64,000 nt of DNA from Yuukianura sp. NJ FZ-2021 (lineage: Eukaryota): NCBI GenBank assembly GCA_046563655.1, contig CM102285.1, positions 11,966,001 through 12,030,000 on the forward strand, given 5' to 3'. Of the stretch, positions 31,046-44,838 are shown in pieces. Position 1 is the stretch's first letter; each line of letters begins with the position of its first letter. The notes under the pieces were generated by a model that made no database searches, was not told the DNA's origin, and saw only the letters and a program-made list of their open reading frames with translations. The position numbers and the translations under genes were made by a program.

Positions 31046-34000
31046 CTAAGAGCAGTACGATGGTGGTCTGTGGTCGGGAGAGTTGAGACGACCATGTATG
31101 AACAGAATTAGCCAGTAGACGCAGACACATGCTAAGAAAGCGACCGGAAATGCCCAGCGACAAAGGTAGTCAATGTCACGCCAAAGAACGTGTCGTTGCC
31201 CCGTCCTAACGCTAGTGTACACCAGAGGAAGTCGAAGCTTTCCTTTGATGATGTACGTTAGCTCAGTGGGGTCAAGGTCACTGAGACGGTGGGGGAGAGC
31301 CTTAGGGGCTGACCCCTTTCGCTTTGTTACGCTGACCAGAAGTGAAGCTGGCAGTGGATCTTTCGTTGTTCCATTTCGATCCATGTGATCCATTTCGTTC
31401 AATTCGTTCAGAAATGGAACGATTGTGGGCGATGACGCCTAAAATAAGTTTGACATTGTTTATGAGAGGTTTAACTACTAGGCTGGATGTACTGACTCAG
31501 GTTAGACTTAACTTTGACACTCACCGTATTTTCTGCTAGTATTGGTGGTCGCTGTTCTTGTTTGTCAGTCTGTTTCTGATTTCTGTGAGCCACTACTGCC
31601 TTGGCGTCTTCAGTTAGGGAAAAGATGACCTTGACGATCACAAATTCTCCAAGGGCAGCAAAGACAAAGCAGAGGCACAAGGCCATCCAGAGGTCCACAG
31701 CCTTCAAAGTGTGAAAATGCGGTTAACTAATTAGATTAAATAAAGATTTTGATTAAGTTAAAAGTACTTTTGCATAGGCGACTGGAGGAAAGTCTACTTT
31801 GAGTCCAGTGAATTGCGTGACAAGCGTTAGCATGGACGTGACGATGAGCGAGACTCGGGCTGACACGGCGTCCAGCTCGAGCCAGAAGCTGAGCCACGTT
31901 AAGCTGACGATGAGAGAACAAGGAGCAAAGTTCTGTATAAGATGATTGCCTAGAAGACGGTCGAACCGGAAGTAGGCTACTAACTGTGAATACTTGCGAC
32001 CTGTGAAAAATTTCAGTAGATGTCAGAGGTCAACTGTTAGTATTTTTGTTAACTTACTTTCCTTGGCCCTTGTGACGGTGCACTCCTCGACTCTAAGTGG
32101 ATATGTGACTACGAACTGGAGGAGGCGGAGCTTGGGGTTGATCGTGAATGGTTGTACGGGTGACCAAACGTATTTGACCAGATTCTCCTCGTAGGAAACT
32201 GAAAGTAGGCAGAGTTTTAGTTTGATGTTAGGCTAGGTTAGTTTGGTTGGATTTGATTTAACTCACAGCTCTCGATGATGGTGGGGCTGCAACATACAAA
32301 CAAAAATCAAAAAGCGAGTGTGTACAAGGTCAGTGGGTGTTTTTGGGTGGAGGAGAAAGTTTGTTTTTGAAAAGTACTGGCAATATTCCTATTCATATAA
32401 TAGTATTTACCAGAGTTGGAAATCGTAAGGGTAGAACTGGAACTGCATTGCGCATGCGATGGTAGCAAAGAGGTTAATGGAGTAGATGACTGTTTGGTTA
32501 GTGTAGACGTAAGTACGGAAGCGTAAAAGTGCCAACTCGCTTCCCGATTACCTCCTCCATAAGCAATACATTGGAGTTTAACTGCGCGGTTCCCAGTACT
32601 CGGTGCGCGGTTCCCAGTACTCGGTGCGCGGTTCCCAGTACCCGGCGCGCGGTTCCCAGTGCTCGGTACCCGCTTCCCAGTACTCAGTGCGCGGTTCCCA
32701 GTACCCGGTGCGCGGTTCCCAGTACCCGGTGCGCGGTTCCCAGTACCCGGTGCGCGGTTCCCGGTTCCCAGTACCCGGTGCGCGGTTCCCGGTTCCCAGT
32801 ACCCGGTGCGCGGTTCCCAGTACTCGGTGCGCGGTCCTGATTTCCCAAGATTCATTTCCCGAGATTCGTTTCTCGAGATTCATTTCCCGAGATTCATTTC
32901 TCGAGATTCATTTCGCGAGATTCATTTCGCGAGATTCATTTCTCGAGATTCATTTCCCAAGATTCATTTCTCGAGATTCATTTCCCAAGATTCATTTCTC
33001 GAGATTCATTTCGCGAGATTCATTTCTCGAGATCCATTTCGCAAGAATATTCAACACTTTAGTCACAACCCATGGCGGAAAATTCCAAACAGTGAAATTA
33101 ATCTAATGAATGAATTTTGAAAACAACGATTACCAGAATATTACCAAAAGAAATTCAAATTAAACAACTTCAATTTTAAATCGCAGTTCAAAAAAGCACA
33201 AAACGTTTAGTGAGTCACGCGAGTAGTATTCCTCAACTCTTAACAAGTGTGAAATTTAACATGCCGGCATGTTAAATTTCAAAATACGGACTCAAACACT
33301 GGCTACGGGTTCAGGAGACAACTGCTGGAGACAAGGATGGTTGCGGTTCGGTTATCGCTACTAAAATTCTGAACTTTTTTCAAAATTCTGAACTTGTTTC
33401 AAAATTCTGAACTTTTTTCAAAATTCTGAACTTTTTTCAAAATTCTGAACTTTTTTCAAAATTTTGAACTTTTTTTTTTCCAAAATTTTGACTTTTTTCA
33501 AAATTTTGACTTTTTTTCAAAATTTTGACTTTTTTCAAAATTTTGAACATTTCTCTAAACTTGCGAACTTCAAAAGAGTTGGGTAAAGAGTAAGAGTTGA
33601 GTTATACTACTCGCGTGACTCACTAAACGTTTTGTGCTTTTTTGAACTGCGATTTAAAATTGAAGTTGTTTAATTTGAATTTCTTTTGGTAATATTCTGG
33701 TAATCGTTGTTTTCAAAATTCATGCATTAAATTAATTTCACTTTTTGGAATTTTCCGCCATGGGTTGTGAGTAAAGTGTTCAATATTCTTGGGAAATGGA
33801 TCTCGAGAAATGAATCTCGCGAAATGAATCTTGGGAAGTGAATCTCGAGAAATGAATCTCGCGAAATGAATCTCGAGAAACGAATCTCGGGAAATGAATC
33901 TTGGGAAATCAGGACCGCGCACCGGGTACTGGGAACCGGGAACCGCGCACCGGGTACTGGGAACCGCGCACTGAGTACTGGGAAGCGGGTACCGAGTACT

Positions 34001-34787
34001 GGGAACCGCGCACTGAGTACTGGGAAGCGGGTACCGAGTACTGGGAACCGCGCACCGAGTACTGGGAACCGCGCACTGGGTATCGAGTACCGAGCACTGG
34101 GAAGTGGGAAGTGATTTGACCCTTTTAAGCTTCCGTACGTAAGCGTTGACCAGTTTCTGCGACAGGGAGCCAACCTCTGGAAATATCGTACGATACAGTC
34201 ATTAATCAACTGAAACCACTAACTTCTGTAATAATAATAAGAGATTGAGGTGGATCGTAATTGCTTCGTGACACGATATGTCTCACCGGTGGACTTTGCA
34301 TTAGCGAAGAAGGGGTCAGGGTGCCAGATTTGGTCAACAAATTCATTCGGAAGGACGAAGCGATCCGTTTGTCCAAAGAAGGCAGCGGGGAATACTAGGC
34401 GTGGGTCAGTCCAGGTCAGACTCAGCAGAAGTTCCATCCTGACAATATAGAAAATAGTAACTGTTGGCTGAATTCGCTGATCGCTGCGCTTCCAGTGACT
34501 CACCTGAAGTCCATGTCTGAAGCCTTGATCGGGTTGATGGCCTGGACATGAATCTCAAACGCCACAAGTGTCGTCTCTCCTTTCGCCCCAGGACGCTCAT
34601 CTAAAGTCCACCAATAAATTGACAGTATTTATCAAGTATTAGACTGTATTAGATTGTTACCTTTGTTGTAGTTGTGTGGAAGTTGGAACTTGGGCAGTAC
34701 TGGATTAGTTAAGTTAGTCAATATTTGCAAGGCCATGACCTCAGGCAGTAGTGCACTCACCAACACAAAAAGTATGCTGAATTCCAT
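31046..34787 (-). CDS. Cys-loop ligand-gated chloride channel subunit (glycine-receptor-like); the Cys-loop exon is interrupted by a foldback element
   Basis: Signal peptide, YNKDERP, WTDPRL, IWHPDPFFANAK, Cys-loop CAMQFQFYPYDFQLC, IES-FSY, TM1 WLSFW, TM2 SARVSLIVTSMLT, PPVAYAKAVDLWM, TM4 IDYLCRWAFP. Confidence 0.85.
32513..34138. mobile_element. Foldback-type non-autonomous element (~1.63 kb) with long modular inverted arms
   Basis: Ends GTACGGAAGC...GCTTCCGTAC. Flanked by a direct repeat GTAA (32509-32512, 34139-34142; alternatively CGTAAG with ends 1 nt shorter). Arms ~32513-33242 and ~33591-34138 consist of 21-bp units, 14-bp units and a ~190-bp near-identical unique inverted block. Confidence 0.9.
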
Positions 34788-35164
34788 CTTGACACGACGT
34801 CGCTTCCCTACCGACTAAAAACGCTGCATCTCCAGCCTTCGATTTATATAGTCAAATTAGTACTTTCTCCAGAAAGTGCTTTGATCCATGACATGCTTAA
34901 TCAAAGGAAAGTGACCCATTGGAGTATCGAAAAGAGCCAAAAAGAGACAATTTCTAAATTAATGTTGAGTTCGTTCCATCAAAACATAAAATTTGTAATT
35001 TCTAATTTCTAAAAAAGGAAAAGTAGTAAATTAGAAGTACAAAAGAAAGTTCAGAGAATCATTTCACCAAAGATCATTAATCGCTAATACTAAATTCGTG
35101 TTACTGTTATAGATGTTAGACATCACATCAAAGATTTAAATTCATTATCAAGATGAGCTCAGCT

Positions 35165-35345
35165 ATTACCCGAGTAGTAGAATTCCAAAAGAAAGTTAAT
35201 CCTTTCACCATTAAACATTCAATGCTCATTTCAAATCCTTTTCTTCGTTTTTTGGAAGAACGTGCTTGGAAATTCTAGTGGAAGGTTGTTCTAAATTAGG
35301 ATTCTAGAATTAAATGAGGCTGAAAAATGAAAGATGAGCAAAACG
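35165..35345 (+). repeat. Second copy of the dispersed ~185-bp repeat at 12700-12885
   Basis: Aligns by eye with the reverse complement of 12700-12885. Confidence 0.8.
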
Positions 35346-36935
35346 GAAGCTGGAAATGGAAATAATGAAGGAAATGAATCCACTTTATTCAGAACTTTCA
35401 CCAAAATTTGTCTTTCTTAATCGATTGCAGTCAGGAGACAAAAGAATTCAAAGTTCCAAGTTTAGAAATGCCTCTGTTTCCATTCCTGGAACAATTATTA
35501 TATAACATTCATATAGTAATGGGTTGTTAGTTTTAATTATAGGATTAATTAAGTAAAATTTCAGACTAATAATATTGCTTTAACAAAAGGAGCGCGGGAG
35601 AGCACCGTATCCCATCTAACTAACAATTAAATTAAAAATTTCAACTTTCTCTTGCCATTTGCGGGATTTTGGAAAGTTGATGTTGAAAATTTTAGAATTT
35701 TCGATCCTCTCAAAATCGATGTGATCGTCAAACAGGTTTAAATTGGTCTTAAACAACTTACACTTAAGTTTTCTTAAACTCTTAATTATTTTAACAGATT
35801 TTTAGCAATTTTGAAGGTATTTGGATTAAGGCAAACTAATTTTCTTTCGTCAACTTTCTCTTTAGATTTTGGTTTCTAAAAGTAACATTTTGAAGGAAAA
35901 GAACTTTGCGGGAACGATCTTGTGGTTTCAAAATAGAAATAGAACTTTGCGTCACTCTTAAGCCCATTTCCTTCCAAATACTTTTCCTTAGTTTGTCAGC
36001 ACTTTCTCTCTTGGAGAAAGTTCAAGTTTGGACAGGAAATAGTTGAAGATTAGTTTTAAATTTTGAAACTTTCCCAAGTTACCAGAGGAAGAAGAAAGTG
36101 AAAGTGAAAACTAGTGAATTTATAGGAAACTAGATTTTGAGTCTAAATTTAACTTTTTAAATAAATTATTATATTAAAAAGTTAATTTTATTATTGAAAC
36201 TTCGAGACTATAAGAAACTCAATAGCCTCAAGATGCTTCATAATTAACAGATGAGCATTTGTTTCTCTTCTAGAACTATTTCTTTAGTTTTTAATTTTTC
36301 AGAAAGCCTGAAGCCTGACTTAATGAAAACTCGAATGTTAAGATTTCTTTTTCAAAATGTTAACAAATTTCACAATTTCAAAGACAGGTCTATTAAAGAA
36401 GACGGAAAACAAAAGAAACAAGAGGAAAGACAAAGGCTGGAGGAGGATGAAAACCTAAAAACAATCTGTGGAGTTTCTGTTTTTTGAAAAACCGTTTTTT
36501 TCTGATCTTCCATAAAATCTCCGGGATGAGGCTGGGACTATGGCAAGCTTTTTTTGTGTCTTCACTAGTCTTCGCCAAGTTATTGTGTTTTCTCTTCATT
36601 CTAAACATAAAACCGGAATGAAGTTGAAGGATTTGAGCTATTTGTTGAAAACTTTTTTCTCTTATCCCTCTTAGACCAAAAGAGAAAGCAGAAAAGAAGA
36701 TTTCAAGCTTTTCAGGAAGATGGGTTGCTGCCAAGGATTGAGATCGATTTTCGTGTGATGTTAATGAGCCTGAGTCGCTCATGCGGTTGAAGGATTAGGA
36801 GAGACTTGGAAGATGCGGTCTGTAGGATTCTGGTTTTGCTGCTGGGTATGTTTCCGGGTTAGAACTTGTGCTGGTTGTGTGGGTACTTAAAGTTGCAGTG
36901 GGTACTTGACTTCCTTTTTGGACATATAAGTAGTC

Positions 36936-39900
36936 TCAGTGGATTACTTTGGCGAGGAGAAATGAATGAATTGTAAAAAGAACACGATGGAGGTCACGGC
37001 ACTCCATCGTTTCTGTGGGATTATTATTGCCATGAAATTTGAGAGTTAGTCTTGTTCGTGAGTCGTCTGAGGAGCCCTTGAGGGCTGAAAATTGACGAAC
37101 CCAGAGTGGTGGAGCTGGAATTGATGAGGAGCGATACAAATTGAAGGCAGAATTTGTAAAGTCCAGTTCTAACTGACAAGGCTTTCCACCCCACCTATGT
37201 AAACAAAAACAAAAATTGAGTGTTTTCCAAAAACTACTAACATTGTGCCTAAAGTTGCGATTTTCATTTTTTCTTCCATTTTTCTTTTCCAATTCTCGAA
37301 TCTTTAAAGTTGGAATTTTCTGAGTTTTTGAAGCAGAGAAAGTAAAGTGAAAGTAAAATAGGCTCAAAAACTGCAATCGGGGCAAAGGTTACGAAAAGTA
37401 TGAAATCTCATGAATGTTTCACTCTAAATTTCAATTGTAATGCCAATATTACACGTTGAGGTTGTGGAAGCAGCTTAGTGGTCAAAGTCATTGCAAATTT
37501 AGCAAAGGACTTAATGAAGACACAACTTACCAAACAGGGTAGGTGCATTTCTAGAAAATAGAACAAGACAAAGATTAGAACTCGGTTTGGTTGGTTAGGT
37601 GAGACCAAATAGGTAATTTGAAATGAATATTTCTGTGGAATCGCCTATCTTTTTCTGAATTATTGAACAATCCAATAATAGTTCACCATAAGCCTACCTT
37701 GGTAGCTTTGACAGAGGCAGTCACCGCTTTGGCCCAAGCCGTTTCAATTTTAATGAGCTCCTGCCTCGTTTCAGTACTCAAGTACAACGTAATCGGCGCG
37801 GGCTTGACTGTACTAGTACTTGAAGGAAAGGCATCATTTTCTATAGCAATTTGAAGACTGAAACAGTGCTGACGCTCGTCCAGTTGTTCACTTGAAGACG
37901 AAAGGACGCGAAGTAGCGTTGTAATAATGGGATGTACAGGGCCTGAAGTTTCCCAGTCGCCGCCAACTCCCTGAAGGAATTTTCGAAAAAACGAAGGCAC
38001 TTTGTTCAAGATTTTTTCAAAAATGTCAAATTTGAAAAACATGTTTTCTGGAAAAAGCGGCTTTGTGGTTTGTGCTTACAGGTGGATATTGCATGTAGTA
38101 GATGTGATTTCCCCGGAAGCAAAGGATTTTCCGTTTCCAAGAAATCCAGGCTGGTGCAGACTTGTCACTGGATTTGTCTGCGGTTCCTTCCGAAACCCAG
38201 CCAATGTAAAAAATTTCTTCCTGAGTCTCCTGACACCACAATTTCACCTAAAACATATGCAAAGTGCTTTTTTTCAATTTATTTAAAAAAAAGACGAAGA
38301 AAACTCCGGAGAACCCCAATTTTATGTGCCAATGCGTCGGAGAAAGTCTTCGAAAGTAGAGAAAACTTTTATGCCAGAGTGCGTGGTGCAAACTTTCCGA
38401 TTTCCAGCACAATTTTCAGACTTTTATGAAATTTTAAGAACATTTTGAAAAAGGGTTTTGAAATTTCGGTTTTCGTTTCTTCCTTAATGAATGTGATGCC
38501 ATTTCGTGAAATATGACTTGAAAGACTTCCTCATTTACCAAACTTGTTCTGAATAATTTATGCTTGTGCTTTATTTATATTAATGTCTAGAAGTGGGATC
38601 GTGGCAGCACAGCGACGCTGCTCATGACTGTGGAAAAGTTGAAATGTTGGCAATAATTCATAACAGTCAACTTCCACGGCATCTTCGCTGCCTCTTTAGC
38701 TCTTATAAATAATTCAGGCAAGAGAGAAAGCAAACTTTCTCTTCAGCGACTCTTAAGACGGATTTCAAATCCCTCCTGGCTCCATAGTCTCAACGTTCCA
38801 AAATAACCTAACTGTTTTAAGCATTAGAAAGCCAACGGACCTGGAAATTGTTAAGTCCGGAAATGACATCAGTGATACATTTACTCCAGGAGGTTAGTGA
38901 GTACGGGTCGGCACAGTGAATGACGCCTGTCGTCGTATTCCCCGTTGAATCTCGGACTTCAAAGGCATTACATCTCAAAGTGTCTGTACTTCCCAAGTAT
39001 CTCGTCACAAATGCAAAAGTTAACGGGATCCCACGCTCAATCTCCCACTGTTGCTCAATCACAGTCTCTCCACCTACTTCTTCCGAAACGTCCCACTGAT
39101 GCAGATTCGTCTCCAGTAAATCTGAAAAAAAAATGAAAATCACTTCCGAATTCAATACTTTCTCCAGGAGGAGTTTTTTTTTTTCGTAAATCGAAGGGAG
39201 GGCAAGGTTGATAAGCAAGGAAACACTTTTTCTTTAATAGGTTAGGCAATAACGTGAGTTCTGAGTCTTTTGATCAAAATTTTCGAAAATGAATTTATGT
39301 AAGTTCATTTGTTTGTCATTAATGACAATTTGAATGCAAAAAATGCTCCAGATGATCAAAATTGCTTAAAAATTTTTTTTTTTTTTAAATCTGTCAACTG
39401 AAACTGGTTTTTCTACTAATTCGTAAACAAAATTGGTTCCAAATTGGTTCCATTTTTTGTTTTTTGGAGGGATTTTTTTAAAGCCTAGTTATTGCCTAAC
39501 CTGTTAAAGGAAAACTATTTTGTGGTCAACACACCTTGAGGGAGGAAAAGCATATTCTTGAAGGTGAATGTCAAAGGTCACGAGGTCAAACTTACTTTGC
39601 TGAGTAGGTGATAGGTAAGGTTTGGCTGTAGGAAAGTATTTTAATTTCAATGTAACTGTTGGCCCACTTGAACTTAGGAACTCGACAGCAGAGTCATGAT
39701 CCATCTTCGTAATTTTGACACCATTGACTATTCATTAGAGACAAGGAGACAAACAATTGAGTTTAGATTAGTCATAATCTATTAAATTAGGTAAGACTTA
39801 TTTATAAACAAGTCTTTTGTCAACTTCGACTTCTAGGTTCCAGCTTTCTCTTGGCTTTATACAGTTTCACATTTAACCAAAGTCCTCCACGTCAAATCGT

Positions 39901-42900
39901 AAACAAGATTGTGATTAATGACGAGGGACGTGTACTTTAGCAACAGCCAGAAATTGTAGCTTTTTCAACCATTTCTATCGCTGGAGAGGCACTTTCTCCA
40001 GAGAAAGTTGGACCCGAGCCCAAATCTAGGCCCTATCCTTTCCCCACGTTCTAAATCTATACAAATGAGTTTTCTTTTCATCTTCTTCTTTTGCCTAACT
40101 TGAAAATAAAGTCACCAACTTTAGACTTTCTTTACAAAATTCGAATTTCAGAAATCTAAATCAATCCTGAGATTTTACATAAATCTAGATTTTCCAAATT
40201 GTTTTTACTCGACTACTCGACAAGCCTGCCCTCAAGGGAGAAAATGGAAATCAACTAACCTGTTCTAAATTGGGAAAACGTAGACTTGTTTTTTTTTTTA
40301 AAAAGAATACGATGTTTGTTAAAGTGAAAGTTGAAACTGTAACTGACAGGAGTAGGCGAGGTTGTGTTTATAATTAAACAGGAAAGTTGAGTTATTTCTG
40401 GAATCTCCACTGGGAGAAACAAATCCAATTTGAGACCTATGTTTGCATTGCTAAACTATGCATATGTAATGAGGTTCTACCTATGTATACATTATGTTTT
40501 CTAGTTAAAACTGGGTTCATCTCTGTGAGTTTACCTGGAGCCAACTAAAAACAAAACAGCGGGAGAGAATAACCAATGAGATTCCTAATTAAACGTTTTT
40601 TGGATCCATACAAAAGAAAGTCTTGTAACATGAAAGAGAAAAGTGAAAAACAAGTTCGTTTGAGGTTTTCGAATGAATTCCCGCGTAAACCACGAAGAAG
40701 ACAGAAAAACAACCTTGTGTTTCATTCATTTCATTTCGGAAACAAGGTGAGGTCAATGGTCAAAAGTTGTTACGTAATTCGTTACTGTCCGAAAAACAAC
40801 TTTCATTCGTCAAAAAAATTTTCAGATGAAAGCAGCAAATTAGGCTTTCTCTAATTTAGTACGCTCTGTCGCCTCAGGGAAACTTTTTCCATCGTAGTCG
40901 CGACTTTCACTTGAAGTCATGCGGGTAGCTAGCTATGGCTTCTTTTTTCTTTTGTTTAGTTTATCGATCCAACAAAGAAGCTAAGCTCAGAGGACAAAGG
41001 GAAGGAAGTTTCTCATTGTTTAGAATTCATTAGAAGTTGAGATCAAAATTTGATTTTTTTTTTCATTTGGATAGCTTTACTTTTTAAAAACTGGCTAAAC
41101 ATCTTAGGAGAAGAAAATTCGAAGTTTATCGAATCCAAATTTTCGTGGAAAACTATAGTGTAAACTCAGCAACCAAACTTTTTCTAGATCATGCAAATTC
41201 ACTTTCATAAGTCTACATCACTAAACATCTTCCAAATCAAAAGAAAGTCACGGATTCACCCAACCCTAAACTTTTGGTGAAACCGACGACATGGAACGGT
41301 GGACACGGTGGTGGCGTGTTTAGAACAAAAGCTGAAAAGGTTATCTTTTTCTAAAAAAAAATTTACATCTGCTTTCACTCGTGCTACTCCTCGTAAGTTT
41401 TCAATTCACCAAGTTTCGTGTCTCAGAAAAATGCAATTTCAGTTCTTTTGTTTCCTTTTTGAAAAAGCTTTTCTAAAAATTAGATTTTGAAATCTTACTA
41501 GAAATAATTGCATCTCCGACGTAAATTTGTTTACAAAGGGCTGCTGGTGAATTAGAGGCTAGTCGAGACACGATTATTGGCAAAGAATGTTCTGCTCCCC
41601 CGCGGACACTGATTCCCAGTACTCCTTCGACTCTGGACAAAGTCACTTCGCGTTTCTGCAATGATGAAAGAAGACAGTTATGTTAAGTAAAAAGTGAAAG
41701 CTAGACACGTAGCAATGGTAACGTGGAGCAGGTAACTGGATAAGGTTTGGATATGGATAAGACACGTTTATCGTTCTCTTTTGTCCAGAGATGACAAAGG
41801 GAAATGTTGCTCCGTAGTAACAATGACAGAGACCTAACATGGAGTCAAAAATATAACAAAAAAGAAAGTTATGGCGGAGAGAAGAATACGGCGGGTAGTT
41901 GGATTTGGTTGAATTAGTATTCTGCAAGGAATAGAACATAAATCTAGCTCATCTCCTTTTTCTTAAGTTTTTTTAAGAGCCAAGCTAGGATGATGTACGA
42001 TGGTTTCATTTTTCTTAGATTTCTACTAAAACACTAAAAAAGGAGAACTTCAAAAAGGGAAAGTCGAGTCTTCAGGAATAAGTGGTTTGTTTAGTCATAA
42101 GAACTGCAATAAACGCGGAGATACAGCAGGCTATCAGATTGCACTTGGCTGCTTTTTATGACGCAAAACAGCAATTAAAAATTTGTGTAAGATCGTTAAC
42201 GGTAGAGTTTGATTTAGCTGCTTTCGACTTTTGAATTTGCGAAAAAAAAAACGCGAAAGATTTTTATTCGCGGCAGAAGTATTTTTCAAATTCAATTTTT
42301 CTGTATTTCTATCAACTTTTTTCAAACATGCTCGAATTTCAGTTGAAAGTGATGTTAGAAGCGTCTACGGTATTACGGTGAAAGTGGGAAAAACTCTTAC
42401 ATTGGATTCTGGTGGCGGTGAGTCCGTGTCTGCAAAAGAATCGAAACTCCCATCAGCAGAAAATCCACGATCTGAAACTGAACCATGGGTGGGACGTGTA
42501 CTGTCAACATCATCTCCACCTCCACCTCCGGGTCCACCAGCCCCACCCCCTCCAGAAGAATCCTTAGTGACGATGATGTTCTTTTGTATTATTAAGTGAG
42601 TTGAAGTTAGAGTGAGTCTTCGGGGAACAGGACGAGACTTTCCATCCGAAATTTCTACGAGAGAACTACAGATGATGTGACCCTGGAACAGGACAGAGAC
42701 AGACAAAGAACGAATCAAAATGTCATCCACAAAGTGAAAGTTACGATATCACCCAAAAGGATCGTGAGAACCAAAGGAAAAGTAACACAATTTGCCGAGT
42801 AGAGTGTAGATTTGTCACAAAGAGAACAATAGAGTAACCAGAAGGGAGTAGGCTAATCTAAAAATTAAGGAAACGATTAATCCAAACAAAAGAACCAACG

Positions 42901-44838
42901 ATCGAACCCCGGAAATCCCCCACAGACTGTATAGAATAAAGATTTTATTGAAAAAGTTCCAAATCTTGGTGATTACAAAAAAAAAACACAGGAGTGAAAA
43001 ATTGAAGTTTGTTGAAAAGTTAAATCAAGTGGAGAAAGTAAACGCAGACGACATCAAACCGCATAAATCAAAAAATGAAAGGGGAGAAAAAAATGCAATT
43101 TTTCGCTTCTTTTTTCGAAAAGAGGATTTCTGACAGGTGAGACCAAAGACTTTCTTTTCAACTTGAGAACTTTGGCACAAACAAGCAACGACATTTCCCT
43201 CAGTTGTTCAAATTTTGAAACTGGAAAGTTTTTCGAAATTGTGAACTTGACACTTTGGGATACATTTCTTTGAAATTGGATAAAAGGAAAGCATCTAAGC
43301 TCACTTGCCTTTCGGGTGAAAGTAAAAACCACTCATTTTGATTGAGTCAAGTGGAAGAGGCTTTAACTACCCACTATACAACTGTACAACTCTGCCAAGA
43401 AAGATTTAATCCACATTTTCTCCATGTTATAACTTATAACATTAGACGCTCTCTCATTTTCTAAAATTTCTAGACCCCTACAGACTTCCTCAAGTTTCAA
43501 AGTCATCACGTTACACTGTTATTATTTTCTCTGAAACATTTCTACAAAATTAGAAGATTAGTTTTTGAACCTGTTTTGTATAATTTTCAAAGTAAAATGG
43601 AAATTTCACCTTCACTACCTTCCGTTTTATCACTTTCCTCCAGGAATTTAGTTTAATTTCTAAAATTTTCTGAAATTCCTTTTATCAGTTTTTGAAAATT
43701 TTGAGGACAATTTTTTAAAAACTAAAATCAAGTTTGTGTACATTCAGAATCATGAATGAATTCATCTGTAAATCCCAACGCACACCCCTTTTCCTGTCAA
43801 TTTTCTTACAGTCAACTTACAAACTTATTTTCACTTTGTGCGCTTTCACTTCGTTGCTTTTCCCGCATTTTTTCTCGTCTAGAAAACAAGATCACTTCAA
43901 ACTTTCAGTTCTCGTGCTGTGAAAGCATAAACATTTCGATTTCCCCTTGGCCTTTAGAATTTTCCCCAATGTCCGATTTAAAAAAAAAGTGACCCAAGGT
44001 CGAATGTCAATAGTATCAACTTTGTATTCCTATCAAGATCAATTTCCTGGACCTACTAAATCTAAAGGTTAAGCATTTGATTTGACTACCGAGGGAAATA
44101 GAATTCTAGGGCAAGTCAAAAGTTAACTGAAAGGTTGACCTTGAGCAGTCACTATTCAGATTACGAAAGTTCAAACACGCGATTTCTCTCTGCGGTGAAA
44201 CTAAAACACGATATTCTATAATCAAAAACCTAAAAATGAAACTTTCTCTTGACTTTCACTTTCTCTAATTTCGTTTCGTAACATGTTGAGAAAAATTTTT
44301 TTTGGGAGGTAAATTCTGAAATAAACGATTTCTACACTATTGTGGTTAGTAAATTTTGGCTTAAACGATTCCTAAAAGTTATTGAGAACAAGGAAAGGGA
44401 GTAACTACGAACTAGCAATTAAAATAATGACAGGTCATGAGTCGATGGATATAAATAAAGTATTCAACTTGACTTGTGGAACCGCCTCCTTTCAAAAAAC
44501 CGGGTCTAAAATGTCCAAACATGAACAAAGTCTGTTAAAATAGATTATTCAAAAACGAAAAACGCTAAAATAAGCATCCGAAATTATGAAAAGAAGCAGG
44601 ACAAATTCAATTATTTTGTAAACTTAACAATTTTTACCGAAGGCACTATCAAACAGAAAGCTTTAAAGTTATTCTGCTTCGTAATTGTAATTAAAATTTG
44701 TAATTTTCAGTTTCGCTTGAATGCAAAAATGTGTTAAAATGAATGCTTAAACTAAATTGAAATGAAGTTTACCTCTTGAAGATGCTGCGGTTGCTGATCA
44801 GAGCAGTTGCTAGCAGCACTACTATTATTTGCACTCAT
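36936..44838 (-). CDS. SNTG1: Gamma-syntrophin (split PH - PDZ - PH - SU), multi-exon; first exon 44838-44773 is tentative
   Basis: PDZ LGISVRGGAEHSLPIIVSRL..IYVGDAII, VNG..HDSAV; YLGSTDTLRCNAFEV; YIGWVSE; DERQHCFSLQ; SU domain FSALKGSSDD and IHSFLLAKV. Confidence 0.82.

Noticed and set aside
32580..33050. CRISPR-like appearance of the regular repeats
   Set aside because: The units are head-to-tail with no unique spacers, are mirrored in the opposite arm, and have no cas genes nearby. The context is eukaryotic.
32307..34209. Many overlapping ORFs (GNRAPGT, FPVPGAR, FISRDSF repeats)
   Set aside because: They are by-products of stop-poor tandem repeats in the foldback arms.
34219..34290. Apparent premature stop after ..TSISYYYYRS in the channel gene
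   Set aside because: This is intron read-through. The donor follows ANAKST-G|GTGAGA and the next exon begins at 34176.
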